DNA of 64,000 nucleotides from a virus, in the IMG/VR virus record IMGVR_UViG_3300036398_002819, positions 5,067-69,066 of that record; one strand, written 5' to 3'. The notes below the pieces were generated by a model. It did not search any database and had not been told where the DNA came from. It was given only the letters and a program-made list of their open reading frames with translations. Positions 28,597-39,200 of this stretch are shown piece after piece; positions within the stretch are counted from its first letter, which is position 1, and the number at the start of each line of letters is the position of its first letter. The position numbers and the translations under genes were made by a program.

Positions 28597-29910
28597 TCAC
28601 CTACTAATTTCTTCCCAGTCTAATGATGCAAAGACATCAGCACCAGCAGTATCAGATGCACATACCAGTGTCAATTCATAAGGAGTTCCAGTCAATCCAT
28701 TTCTTTCTAACTGAAACTTAAATAATGCTTCTTTTAGAATATCAACACTTGCAGAAGATTGATTTGCTGATGTAAAGAAACCAGATGCTAAAATTCTTCC
28801 ACCACTTACGGTTCCTCCATCAATTTTATATTCTACAGCACTATCTACACCTGCACTTACCCAAGTTCCGCCAGTAGTAGTTGCTGATGCTCTCAACTGC
28901 CAATTATATTGTGGACCATTTCCTGTTCCCATCAGTGATAGTGCGGTCATAATTACAATCGCATCTAATCTATTTGGAGAAGATTTGAGACGAATAGAAA
29001 TGACAGGATAATAAGTTCCAGCAGGAGTTGGTAAATCTACTGGTGCTGTAATTGGTGTTTGAACTGCTTGTTGTAATCCACGCAATTCATAACCACCCTC
29101 TGAAATCACAGAAGAACAAACTTGTTTGAGTGTGCTGGAACTAGTTGTAATTCCAGTATTAGCAATCTCATATCTCAAAGGAAGTGATGCTGTTGTAATA
29201 TAAGTTGATTGAATTAAGTTTGCGTGATGAAACGAATGAGCATGAATAAATTTTCCATCAATTATAAATCCCATTCTTACTGTGCCAAGACCTAACCACT
29301 CAATATCCATCCAAAGAATTTGTGCTTTGCTAATATCTAATGTAATACCAGAAACTCCTGTTCCATCTAATTTATCAATATTCCAATCAGATTGTGCAAC
29401 AGCATTTTCAGTTCCTATAGATAAACTTCTTTCTACAAAATAAGGTGTTGTTCCATTAATCTCAAAATACATTCCATTGTCGGCACCAAAATATCCAACT
29501 CTTTGTCTTAAGTTTGTTTTTGGTGTTGCTGGAACAAAAGTATTCAATACAAGCAAAGATTTACCCGGTTGATATGAGAATGTTTTGGTAGTTTCTCTAA
29601 TAACCGAATCACCACTTGTAGTTCCAATACCAATATTAACTAATCCTTGAGTTGTTACAAAACCAACAGTAGAACCAGTTCCTACAACCAAACTCTCCCA
29701 AAGATTATTGTCTCTATATCTGTGAGATGAATCAAATAGTGTAAGAGGATTTGATACTCTTGTTCTACCAAAAGCATCGGGATTTACACTCACCGGAAAT
29801 CTATTGATATTATCAACAATTTTTCCATCCCTTGTTGCAGCGCCAAAAATCTCAAAAAGAGATCTTTCTTGATTTAGATAATCTTGAGTTTGTATATTCC
29901 ACTGTGCCAT
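28597..29910 (-). CDS. Probable beta-rich virion protein
   Basis: 437 aa, DAFGRTRVSNPLTLFDS, YQPGKS, DIEWLGLG; located in the late cluster. Confidence 0.65.
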   Translation of the reverse strand: MAQWNIQTQDYLNQERSLFEIFGAATRDGKIVDNINRFPVSVNPDAFGRTRVSNPLTLFDSSHRYRDNNLWESLVVGTGSTVGFVTTQGLVNIGIGTTSGDSVIRETTKTFSYQPGKSLLVLNTFVPATPKTNLRQRVGYFGADNGMYFEINGTTPYFVERSLSIGTENAVAQSDWNIDKLDGTGVSGITLDISKAQILWMDIEWLGLGTVRMGFIIDGKFIHAHSFHHANLIQSTYITTASLPLRYEIANTGITTSSSTLKQVCSSVISEGGYELRGLQQAVQTPITAPVDLPTPAGTYYPVISIRLKSSPNRLDAIVIMTALSLMGTGNGPQYNWQLRASATTTGGTWVSAGVDSAVEYKIDGGTVSGGRILASGFFTSANQSSASVDILKEALFKFQLERNGLTGTPYELTLVCASDTAGADVFASLDWEEISR

Positions 29911-29912
29911 TA

Positions 29913-30221
29913 TTAGTCAGTCCAAGTTAATCTTTCTGGTTGATATCTTTGTGCGTTTTTGATTCTTGATGTATTTACCTGAGCAGGATAAACATTATGA
30001 ACGATTGCTCCAGGATACTCTCCTTGAATTTGTTCTGCAAGTTCATTCTTAGGAAGCATTTTTCCTTCTATTTCCATACGATATAATTTTCCTTCCCAAA
30101 CTACATCTGCAAAAAAAGATTCAGTTGCTTGTTCTGGTTGAGAACTCCCTACATTTAGGGTTCCATTGAAGTCTCCATTAATAGTAATACTTTCTGAAAT
30201 AAATTGTTGAAAGGATTTCAT
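29913..30221 (-). CDS. Internal head protein with capsid-targeting-like N-terminus
   Basis: MKSFQQFISE|S resembles the T4 capsid targeting sequence. Confidence 0.7.
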   Translation of the reverse strand: MKSFQQFISESITINGDFNGTLNVGSSQPEQATESFFADVVWEGKLYRMEIEGKMLPKNELAEQIQGEYPGAIVHNVYPAQVNTSRIKNAQRYQPERLTWTD

Positions 30222-30222
30222 T

Positions 30223-32013
30223 TTAGTTACAGTTCCAACGACGTAGGGCTTTGTTGATTCTTGAATCTGGATCTCTTGCAGTTTTTGCAGAGGTTAGTTT
30301 TTTCTTCATCCCAGACATACGACGACAGAATGAAGCACGGCGCTTTGCTCTTTTTCCCTTTGGTTTCTTTTCAGTTACTGCGGTTTGTAATTTTGAACCA
30401 GGATTCTCACGACGGTATGCTTTAACCGCAGCAGGACTTAATCCATCAGTTTTGTCTTGACGATTGACTTTTTGCCAATCTTCCGATAACCCAAAATCTG
30501 CTCTCCAATTAGAAAATTCTTCTTTTTTTACACAGTTTGGATATCTCTTTCCAAACATTGTCTTCATACCTTTTTTCTTATATCCATCCCAACACTTCTC
30601 ATCAAGTTGATCACCTTCTGGTTCATAATGTGATATTTGCATTTCTTTTTTAATTTTTGCTTTTGCTTTTTTAACAAATCCAGAGAATTGTGGTAGTTGA
30701 GGTTCTTCTCCAGGTTTTCTTGGAATTGGTTCTTGTCCCTTTGGATATGATTGGACTCCACCACCTAATCCAGATCCTGGTTTTAATTTGACTGATGATC
30801 CAACGCTTTCATCCACATCTTTTATTGGATATGTTTTTGCTGCTTTTCTTAATATTTCTATTTTTGTTTTTGGATCAGATGGTACACCTGCAGCATTAAC
30901 TAATCTTGAAAATTTATCATAAGGTCCTTCTAGTGGTTTTACTTGCTCTTTCATTTCACCACTATCAACATAATCTGCTGCTGAATCAAGATAATCTGCT
31001 GCCTTAGTTATCTTTGATTGAACCCAAGCTTCAATATTACCTTCACCTTTTACTTTTTTACGAAGTCTTTTTGCCGCTGAAATGATTGTAGAAATTTCAG
31101 ATCTTGCCATTGAATGTTCATGATCTTTTGATTCTGGCATATTTCCTGGATGTGGAGTATTGGGTGTGTAGTCTTTTAATTTGATTGGCATAGAATACAT
31201 GTCCCAAAACTTCTCACCATATTTACATTCTCTACGTGTCTCTTCTTTTTTACATTTTGGACAATATCTAATCATTTCTACAGATTCTCCCCAATTTGAA
31301 GCACCAACTTTACGACACTTAACTAATGCTCCAGAAGCATAAGCACTTGGCCAAACACTATATCTAGATTTAACTTTATGATAACAAGCGTCTTTACTAC
31401 CACTACCTTTTCCAGGTTTGTCTTTTCTTGCTTCGTTAAGTTCCATTGATTCTTTAATTCCTGGTTCTGCCTTAATATAGTTAGGATCTTTTTTTCCTCT
31501 AGCGAAAGTTTTAACCATTGTTGGTTCTGCTGCTCCAGACTTTGACTGTTGATTTTTATCCTTTTCCCTTTTACGACGAACAGCAGATCTAATTAAAGAT
31601 TTACCTTTTTTACCTTTTTTCTTCAATGCTTTAAGTCTTCCACTGCTAAAACACTTTGGTGTTTTAGTTTCACCAGGTTCATTTGCACATGGAGAACCAT
31701 CTGCCTGAACCCAACCAGGTTTTCCATCTTTCGATTTAGAACCTTTAAACCAATGATGAAGAGTTCCTTCAGAAACATCCTTAAATTTTTTATGTTCTTT
31801 TTTAGCAGATAATTCCATTTTTTTCAATCTTGTATAATAATCTGGAATTTCATCTAAATGTTGGAGTGCAATATCAGTAGCAAGATCCTTATCCTTTGTG
31901 TGCTCATATTCAATGGGAATACCCATTTTAAGTTGATTAGATACAAAAGAAACTTCAAGACGATGTTTCTTTGCAATCTGCTCAACTGTTTTGTGGGACT
32001 TTATTTTATGCAC
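30223..32013 (-). CDS. Modular basic head-associated protein (putative gp21-processed polyprotein)
   Basis: Chain of short basic/Cys modules (EHTKD..IALQHLDEIPDYY; DACYHKVKSRYSVWPSAYASG; CPKC; CWDGY...PNCV; RRASFCRRM...ALRRWNC) separated by [LIV]xE sites. Confidence 0.7.
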   Translation of the reverse strand: MHKIKSHKTVEQIAKKHRLEVSFVSNQLKMGIPIEYEHTKDKDLATDIALQHLDEIPDYYTRLKKMELSAKKEHKKFKDVSEGTLHHWFKGSKSKDGKPGWVQADGSPCANEPGETKTPKCFSSGRLKALKKKGKKGKSLIRSAVRRKREKDKNQQSKSGAAEPTMVKTFARGKKDPNYIKAEPGIKESMELNEARKDKPGKGSGSKDACYHKVKSRYSVWPSAYASGALVKCRKVGASNWGESVEMIRYCPKCKKEETRRECKYGEKFWDMYSMPIKLKDYTPNTPHPGNMPESKDHEHSMARSEISTIISAAKRLRKKVKGEGNIEAWVQSKITKAADYLDSAADYVDSGEMKEQVKPLEGPYDKFSRLVNAAGVPSDPKTKIEILRKAAKTYPIKDVDESVGSSVKLKPGSGLGGGVQSYPKGQEPIPRKPGEEPQLPQFSGFVKKAKAKIKKEMQISHYEPEGDQLDEKCWDGYKKKGMKTMFGKRYPNCVKKEEFSNWRADFGLSEDWQKVNRQDKTDGLSPAAVKAYRRENPGSKLQTAVTEKKPKGKRAKRRASFCRRMSGMKKKLTSAKTARDPDSRINKALRRWNCN

Positions 32014-32026
32014 ACCAATAAAAATA

Positions 32027-32467
32027 TTACTCTTTATTATTTAGAAAACCTTGTTTTAATAACTTAGACAATTCTGAAGTAGATCCAACAAATACAGCAT
32101 TATTTGTAACATTATTAGTAGTTTTTACAGACTCGTCTTCAATATCTTTTAATTTTTTTTGAAGATCTATAAGTTTATCAGTAACATCACCAACACTTTT
32201 GATAAGTTGTCCTGCTACTTCATATGCTCTTGGACTTCCACCTTCACCGGCAAGTTCCATTATTCCATTAATTGCCTCTTGACCTTTTTCAATTAATGAA
32301 TAAAGATTTGCTCTTGTGTATTCATAATCTTTTTGTATATCTACAGTAGATTGTGTGGTAGTTTTTAAATCATCACCCATAGAAACTGCCAATGGTTCTT
32401 CACAAATTTTAATTTCATTGGAAGTATTTAATGCATCATTTAATTGGTCAAAATTTTTGGAATTCAT
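32027..32467 (-). CDS. gp16: Terminase small subunit (T4 gp16)
   Basis: DYEYTRANLY, SPRAYEVAGQLI, VFVGSTSELSKLL. Confidence 0.95.
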   Translation of the reverse strand: MNSKNFDQLNDALNTSNEIKICEEPLAVSMGDDLKTTTQSTVDIQKDYEYTRANLYSLIEKGQEAINGIMELAGEGGSPRAYEVAGQLIKSVGDVTDKLIDLQKKLKDIEDESVKTTNNVTNNAVFVGSTSELSKLLKQGFLNNKE

Positions 32468-32472
32468 ATTAA

Positions 32473-33270
32473 TCAAATATCAATTTTTTGAACAGGACTA
32501 TAAAGTTTGGCATCTCCGAAAAATTCCCAATTTTCATTGAATCCAAAATCATCATCTGGTTCGGCATCAATGGGATCTGGAGTAACGGTATACCTCATTT
32601 CTCTTCTTGCACTTTGTACATCTGTAGATGTATACATATCTACTTGAACTTTGCGAATAAGTCCGCTTGTACTGTCTGAAATTGGTCCGAAAAGATAAGT
32701 TTTTGCAGTAAATTGTAAAGTATATAATAATATTCTTCTTGTTGAAAAATCACCTTCATAATCGTCTCTAAATGAAATATCATCTAAAACAATTGGTATA
32801 TCTTTTTTTTCTCCAATAGTATCAACCATATCTATTGTTACAGTAAATGCTGGTTGAAAAAATGGTAAAATTTGCTCCAAAATTTGAAGAACATCATCAT
32901 TCAATTTTGACATGATATTTAATTCAAATCCAATATTATAAGGGACTGGCATATAAACTTTTTTAATATTGTTACCATCAGATGCCTTGAAAGATTGAGT
33001 TACCCCAGATTTTCTTGTAGAATCATATTTTATAGAGTTCATTTCAAAAGACATTCTTGGTAAAGTTATTGCAACAGGTTTGTTTAAATTTGCTTGTTGC
33101 TCTAATCTGGCAAGAAATTTTTGGGTAGGTCCATAAGCTAATGGCACTCTTAAATCACTATAATCATTTCCATCACCATCTTTATGTTTTATAGTTATAT
33201 TATTAAATAAATTTCCAAAAGAAATAATTGTCTTTCTTATATTTTGGTGATAAAAATAATTTCCTAACAT
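32473..33270 (-). CDS. gp15: Tail sheath stabilizer (T4 gp15)
   Basis: YFYH..IRKTII.FG.LFN, VPLAYGP, LPRMSFE, QILEQILPFFQP. Confidence 0.96.
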   Translation of the reverse strand: MLGNYFYHQNIRKTIISFGNLFNNITIKHKDGDGNDYSDLRVPLAYGPTQKFLARLEQQANLNKPVAITLPRMSFEMNSIKYDSTRKSGVTQSFKASDGNNIKKVYMPVPYNIGFELNIMSKLNDDVLQILEQILPFFQPAFTVTIDMVDTIGEKKDIPIVLDDISFRDDYEGDFSTRRILLYTLQFTAKTYLFGPISDSTSGLIRKVQVDMYTSTDVQSARREMRYTVTPDPIDAEPDDDFGFNENWEFFGDAKLYSPVQKIDI

Positions 33271-34667
33271 TAGTAGTTACCGAATAAATTAGACTCTGAA
33301 AAATCGACGATAGAATCTGACTCTTCTTGTATTTCGTCATTTTGTTCATATTTATCATATAAATCTGGAATTTCATACTTATGCAAAGGATATCTGGCAG
33401 ATGATATCGAACCAACTATTATTTCCCCAGGAATAAAGTCTTTACTTGTTACTCCAACTTTTAATGTGTTAGTAAGTGAATCCCAAGACTTTACCCTACT
33501 CTTTGCTCCAGATTGCTCTCCAGTAACAACTTCATTGAAAATATAAGTATTGATTCCTACAAGTAATGGTGGATTTTGCATTGTTATACTGGGACTAGAA
33601 GTGTATCCAATTCCAGCATCAGAAATTAATACCCTACTAATAATTCCATTGGTATTTACAAATGCTTTAGCTTTAGCAGTAACTCCAATTCCAGGAATTG
33701 GAGCAGAAAAACTTACTAAAGGTGGGTTAACATATCCATCTCCAGGATTTGAAATAATAATACTACCAATACCTGAATATGTTTTTTCAATTATAGCTTT
33801 TGCTGTTGCTCCTATTCCTGTAGAACTTATTATAGTAACAGTTGGAGCAACTGTATATCCTGCTCCAGGATTTATTAATAAAATTTCTTTAACGGAACAA
33901 AAATTTCCTATACATGAAGTAATAGCTACAGCTTCTGCATTTACTCCTCCAACGGGAGCAGAAGATATTGCTACTGTTGGTGTGGTTTTATAATTATATC
34001 CATCATTAATAATATCTATTTTTCTAACATATCCAGAAACTGTTGAAGTTCCTACAATAGATACAGTCCCTACAGGAAATAGTTTAAGTGTTGTGATATA
34101 TCCTTGATTTTCTAATGTCTTATCAATTTCTTCAACTGTTGTATTTAAATTATCCCATCCACCAACATTATCGGAATATTCAAACAACTCACAATTCAAC
34201 TCATAAACATAATTTTTTCCCAATTGATAAAATGGTTTTTCATGCTCTACAAATTTTATTTCAAATAATCTTTTACCTAAAGGAAAATATATTAAATCAC
34301 CTTCTCTTGGACGACTTGATACTATTATTTCATCAGAATCCATATCTGATAAAAATGGAACGATAAAATCATCAAATCTCTCTTTTGATATAATTAATGT
34401 TAATTCATCCTTTAAATTCATTCCAAATTTTGATAATATATCTCCAGACCCAGTATAACCATCAAAGTTACTTACATAAGCTTCTATAGAAAAATTCTGA
34501 TTAAACTTTGAAGCGGTAACTTCCCTAAGAATTGTTTCTTTTTTAACAAATTTTTGAGGTATGTATGAAACTTCCACACCATAAATTTTTAATTGCTCAT
34601 TAATTAGTTGTTGTATCAAGTTTTGTTCAGAATCAGAACCTTGTAAAAAAAATGGATTTAGTGCCAT
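33270..34667 (-). CDS. gp14: Neck protein (T4 gp14) with inserted repeats
   Basis: EQNLIQQLINEQLKIYG, RPREGDLIYFP, FEIKFVEHEKPFYQLG; four I..xG.GY...P.V repeats. Confidence 0.93.
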   Translation of the reverse strand: MALNPFFLQGSDSEQNLIQQLINEQLKIYGVEVSYIPQKFVKKETILREVTASKFNQNFSIEAYVSNFDGYTGSGDILSKFGMNLKDELTLIISKERFDDFIVPFLSDMDSDEIIVSSRPREGDLIYFPLGKRLFEIKFVEHEKPFYQLGKNYVYELNCELFEYSDNVGGWDNLNTTVEEIDKTLENQGYITTLKLFPVGTVSIVGTSTVSGYVRKIDIINDGYNYKTTPTVAISSAPVGGVNAEAVAITSCIGNFCSVKEILLINPGAGYTVAPTVTIISSTGIGATAKAIIEKTYSGIGSIIISNPGDGYVNPPLVSFSAPIPGIGVTAKAKAFVNTNGIISRVLISDAGIGYTSSPSITMQNPPLLVGINTYIFNEVVTGEQSGAKSRVKSWDSLTNTLKVGVTSKDFIPGEIIVGSISSARYPLHKYEIPDLYDKYEQNDEIQEESDSIVDFSESNLFGNY

Positions 34668-34669
34668 AA

Positions 34670-35497
34670 TTATCCTATAAAATCATAAGGAGGTAACTCA
34701 TATTCAGATGCCATTTTTTGTTTTAAATTATCAAGTTCCCTTTGAGCATCATCATAAAGTTCTCTACCATTTAATTCAACTCCACCAGGTAATTTAACAC
34801 CTCTAAATTTAATCAAGTTTTGTCCCCACTGTCTTTTAATTAAAGATGTTAAGTATTGCTTTAAAAAACTATCATTATAAACTTTTGTGAAATCATTTGG
34901 GTCTAAAATTCTATAACAATCTATAACTAAAAAATTTCCAGCAGATTGTGCTCCCCATTCAATATCAAGATACATTCTATTTTGTCTTTTATTAAATCTT
35001 ATTTGCTTATCTGTAGTGAGTAAAAAATCAATATCTTCTAAGTATGATTTAACCATAGCATATTGTAGTAACTCAACTGAGTTAAAATAATACAAATCAT
35101 TTAGAAATAGTTGATATTTTATACTAAACATTCCACCTGATATTGAACTGGTATCAAATTTAAATACTTTTTCTATTCCAATTACTGAATCGGGAATTTG
35201 TATATAATTGGAAGTTTCGTAAAAATTAAAAGATCCAACACTAGAAGTTGCAGTACTAGTAACTATTCCAGAACCACTTGATCCTTTTGCTTTACCTCTA
35301 TCAATATCACTTTGAGTTATTTGATATTTAAGATACATTCTTTCAACACCATCAAAATGGCGCTCATGAAAATATTGTAAAGCATCATCTACTAAATCAT
35401 CTATTTGATCATCATCTACATTAATTTCTAAAACTGGAGCACCAAGTCTTCTTAAACAATAATCAATTAATTCTTGTCTTGTTGATGGTTTTGCCAT
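34670..35497 (-). CDS. gp13: Neck protein (T4 gp13)
   Basis: YCLRRLGAPVLEINV, KRQWGQNLIKF.GV.LPGG. Confidence 0.96.
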   Translation of the reverse strand: MAKPSTRQELIDYCLRRLGAPVLEINVDDDQIDDLVDDALQYFHERHFDGVERMYLKYQITQSDIDRGKAKGSSGSGIVTSTATSSVGSFNFYETSNYIQIPDSVIGIEKVFKFDTSSISGGMFSIKYQLFLNDLYYFNSVELLQYAMVKSYLEDIDFLLTTDKQIRFNKRQNRMYLDIEWGAQSAGNFLVIDCYRILDPNDFTKVYNDSFLKQYLTSLIKRQWGQNLIKFRGVKLPGGVELNGRELYDDAQRELDNLKQKMASEYELPPYDFIG

Positions 35498-35501
35498 AAT
35501 A

Positions 35502-35852
35502 CTAACTGTCTCTCGTTATACTTCTAGAAACTATTGCAAATCCTTCTGCCACTCTAGTTTTTTCTCCAGTGCTATTGTTAGTGATAATAATATCATACAA
35601 ATATCTTCCAGACTTTAAGTTATTGGTTGAATTTGGACTTAATTCAATTTTTATAACTCCAGAGGACAATGGAGAAATTGCAGTAGAAATAAAATTTACA
35701 TAAGAACTGCTCTGTGAGCTTTTTCTCAATTGAGAATTAATAGTATAATTTGTAAGATTTAAGTTAGTCCCATTATCATTAACAATAGAAAAAGTTTTAG
35801 TAAATGATGTGCCAGTATTTATTGATAAATTAACTACATATGGGGGTTTCAT
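35502..35852 (-). CDS. Small Ig-like virion structural protein
   Basis: NLTNYTINSQLRK...GVIKIELS...GRYLYDI...RVAEG pattern common in T4-like structural proteins. Confidence 0.65.
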   Translation of the reverse strand: MKPPYVVNLSINTGTSFTKTFSIVNDNGTNLNLTNYTINSQLRKSSQSSSYVNFISTAISPLSSGVIKIELSPNSTNNLKSGRYLYDIIITNNSTGEKTRVAEGFAIVSRSITRDS

Positions 35853-35886
35853 TTACTACTAAAGAAGTTGCTATAAGTTATTTATG

Positions 35887-36051
35887 TTATTCGAATAGTG
35901 ATACAACTTCTTGTTGCTTCAAGTATAATTTAAGATATAATTTTGAAAAAATTTTCAATTCATCTTCGGATAATTCATCTATAACTCTACAATGTTTTTC
36001 ATATTCAAATAATTTGTTTATGTCATTTAAACTAATGTCTTCTGGTTTCAT
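35887..36051 (-). CDS. 54-aa protein, NblA-like (not in ORF track)
   Basis: MKPEDISLNDINKLFEYEKHCRVIDELSEDELKIFSKLYLKLYLKQQEVVSLFE*; the ORF fills the gap between two genes; the NblA call is by eye only. Confidence 0.5.
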   Translation of the reverse strand: MKPEDISLNDINKLFEYEKHCRVIDELSEDELKIFSKLYLKLYLKQQEVVSLFE

Positions 36052-36247
36052 TTAATAATTCCTTTAATAAACATTTAATTTCACTAACATCATTTTTTAA
36101 ATTTTCAATTTCTTTTTTAGTATTCATTCTATTTGAAACTGCGCTTAAATATTGTTCATATTCTAAATTATTGCAATTTACTATTGCTCCAGTTTTTTCA
36201 TCGCGGTATAAATTTGAATGTCCTTGTACAGATATTAAATCTTTCAT
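36032..36247 (-). CDS. Conserved small protein with C-terminal coiled coil
   Basis: VQGHSNLYRD..TGAIVN, then EIENLKNDVSEIKCLLKELL. Confidence 0.75.
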   Translation of the reverse strand: MKDLISVQGHSNLYRDEKTGAIVNCNNLEYEQYLSAVSNRMNTKKEIENLKNDVSEIKCLLKELLNETRRH

Positions 36248-36248
36248 A

Positions 36249-39200
36249 TTATCCTAAAGCAATCGCTCTAATATCTTTTAGTCTTGGATATTTATCTTGT
36301 CTTGTACCTGACATAATTATTTTAATAGTAAATCCAATGAAAGGACCAACATTTGCTGCAGTATATTGATATTCTAAAAATTGATTATCCAAACTATCTG
36401 GAACAAATATATCAGGTAAACCATCATTCTTAGATTCATCAATTACATCCAAATATCCGTCCAAATTATTATCAGAGGTTAAATTATTATATCCTGGGAA
36501 TAAATTAAATGAAGAATTGGATTGTTCTGAACTAGGTCTTATCAATGAATATAAGACTCTAATATCTGCTGAAGAATGACGATACGCTGATAAAAATATT
36601 TTAAGAGTATTTGATGGTTGTGTCAATCTAATCACTTTAGAAATATATGTTGCTGCATGAGGATCTTCTATTATTCCATTAACTCTTCCATCAGATGCAA
36701 AATCTGATATAGGTCTATTTAATCTGCAACTATCATATTCAGTAAAAGTAGTATCTAAGAAAATTATTGGAGATAAATTATAATTTGTAGTGGACATAAC
36801 TATTGCAGTCGTCATAGATTTATTCCTTGGCATATTTCCTAGATATGTGTCGGAATTTACTTTAGATGCAATCAAACGTAAAGAGTTTAGTTTATTTGGA
36901 ACATTTAATTCTATTGGTTCATATCCCAGATCAACAAATGATTCCTCATTTCCACTAGCACTTGTTCCACTTATCGTTCTTATTAATCCTCTTACTTTAG
37001 TAGATTCTCCTGGAAGTCCTATGTCATAATGGGGAATAATAGTATCATAAACTATATTTTCTGATGCATAAACTGAATTAGATCCAACACTTGTTTCCTC
37101 ATTAAAACTTAGTAATGGATAAGTTCCATTATCCGAAGTTCTAGACTCTCCAATATTTTGATCATCAATAAGGCCACCACGATCTATTTGTATATAATAT
37201 GAATCAAGATCTATTGAATTGTCTACTATATTGTGTTTAATGTTATTAATTCTTCTTAATGAAACTCCACTCAATTCATATTTGTAGACTAATGATCCTG
37301 ACTGATGTTCTAAAGATATTGTATTATCTATTGATCTTTCTGATACTGTAATTGTACCTGATTCAGTTATTGCAGTGTATTCTAAAATCTCATTATTAAT
37401 TAAAATATATCCAGGGTATGTTGGGCTAACATTTGCACCTTCAAATGTCTTGAATTTGGATACATCTCCAGAAGGAATATTTAAAGATGAATCTGTTATT
37501 GACATTGTAGAAGTTAATCTAGCACCTGCAGTATTTGGAAAAACACCTGTGATCTGAACAACATTATTTGCAGCATACATGCCATGAGTAAAATGATCAA
37601 CTTTAAAATATGATCCATTATAAAATTCTCCACCATATTGAGAAGAAGATGTGATTGTTGCTATTGCAATCGGAGTTCTTGATCCCAAATTATTAAAGTA
37701 TTCTATTTTAGAACCAGAACCAATAGTAAATCCATTGGCCTGAGCATTTGTTAAGTATAAAGTATCAACACTATATTCATTTGCAGATGATATTGTAATT
37801 TGTGCGTCTGTACCTTTGGCGGAATTGCTTGTTCCTGTTACTGTAGATGTAACAATTCCAACAACATCACCCACAGAATATCCAGATCCTGGATTGAGGA
37901 TGGATACTGAAGATACTGATCCACTTGATCCTGCAGTTACTTGTAATTGAAGTCCAGTTCCATTTCCATTAATATTAAATGTTTGTACAGTAGAAATTCC
38001 AGAAGGATAATTATTTCCACCTGTAGTAATTGCAACATTTACAACAGAGCTTCCAGTACCCACAATATATGCATATCGATAAGTATCAATATTTTCAGAT
38101 ACTTTTCTTCCTGCTGTTAAAATACCAGTAATTGTTCCACTATCATGAATTGTATGTATGCCAACTCTTAATTTTCTGGGTAATGTTCTTATTGGATTTG
38201 ATACTAATTTTCTAATATAAGTATTATTTTTATTTAAAGTTGGATTTTGGAAATAAGCTATTCCTTCTGAAGTATTGAATTTTGCCTTGTATAATTTAAA
38301 TTTCATATCTTCATATTGATCTGCACTCCAAATAGAACCATTTTGTGATTTAAATAAACTACCTATAGCAAATTGGCGAGTGTATCTAACACTTTCTGAG
38401 TCGGGGAGATTTGCAGTATTAACTGTCTTTTCTCCCATACGAGCACACCATACCTCATATTGATCACTTTGAGGTGCTAACAATACAATAGAATATTCTT
38501 GATTTGGGGCTAAAAATATTGGATATGGAAATGTTACCTTTGTTGCAATGGATGCATCACTAGATACATTAATTTGATCTGGTCTTAAAGTAACTGAGTC
38601 TCCTATTACAACTAAACTGGGAGTATCATCTACAGGTCTTATTTGAACAGTTACTGGAGCATTATTAGAATCTTTTTTTGCAAAGAAAAGATCTATAGAA
38701 GTTAAAAACACACCATTAGCATCATCAAAGAATGAATTTAATCCTCGACCATTTCCAACTAAGAAACTTTGAGCTAAAGGGTCTGTTCTAATTTCATAAG
38801 TTATAAAGTTTCGTGTAATATTCCTTACATTTCTAGTAACATTAGTAACATTAGTAACATTAGTAGTATTTGTTATATTATTATTTGTTATATTGTTCGT
38901 GGTATTTGTAATATTATTTACGACTGGGGGAGGTAAATTTATACTAGTAATAGATTCACTTCTTGTTTCAGTCAAAGTTCTTGACATAATATTATTACTA
39001 GTTGTTAGACTAACATTAACTCTAGATATTCTAACAATATTTTGATAACTTTGTACCGAACCCTCTGCAGTATATGTAGTTTCTGCTGAAGAGACATCAG
39101 AGTTATTTAATAGTCCATTTTGATTGGTAGGACTAGAAGATAATCTAAAACTTTTAGTACCAGTTTTAAATCTAGATATTGGTGCTGGAATATTATTTGG

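Noticed and set aside
33550-33993. 147-aa plus-strand ORF
   Set aside because: Antisense to the Gly/Thr-rich gp14 repeats.
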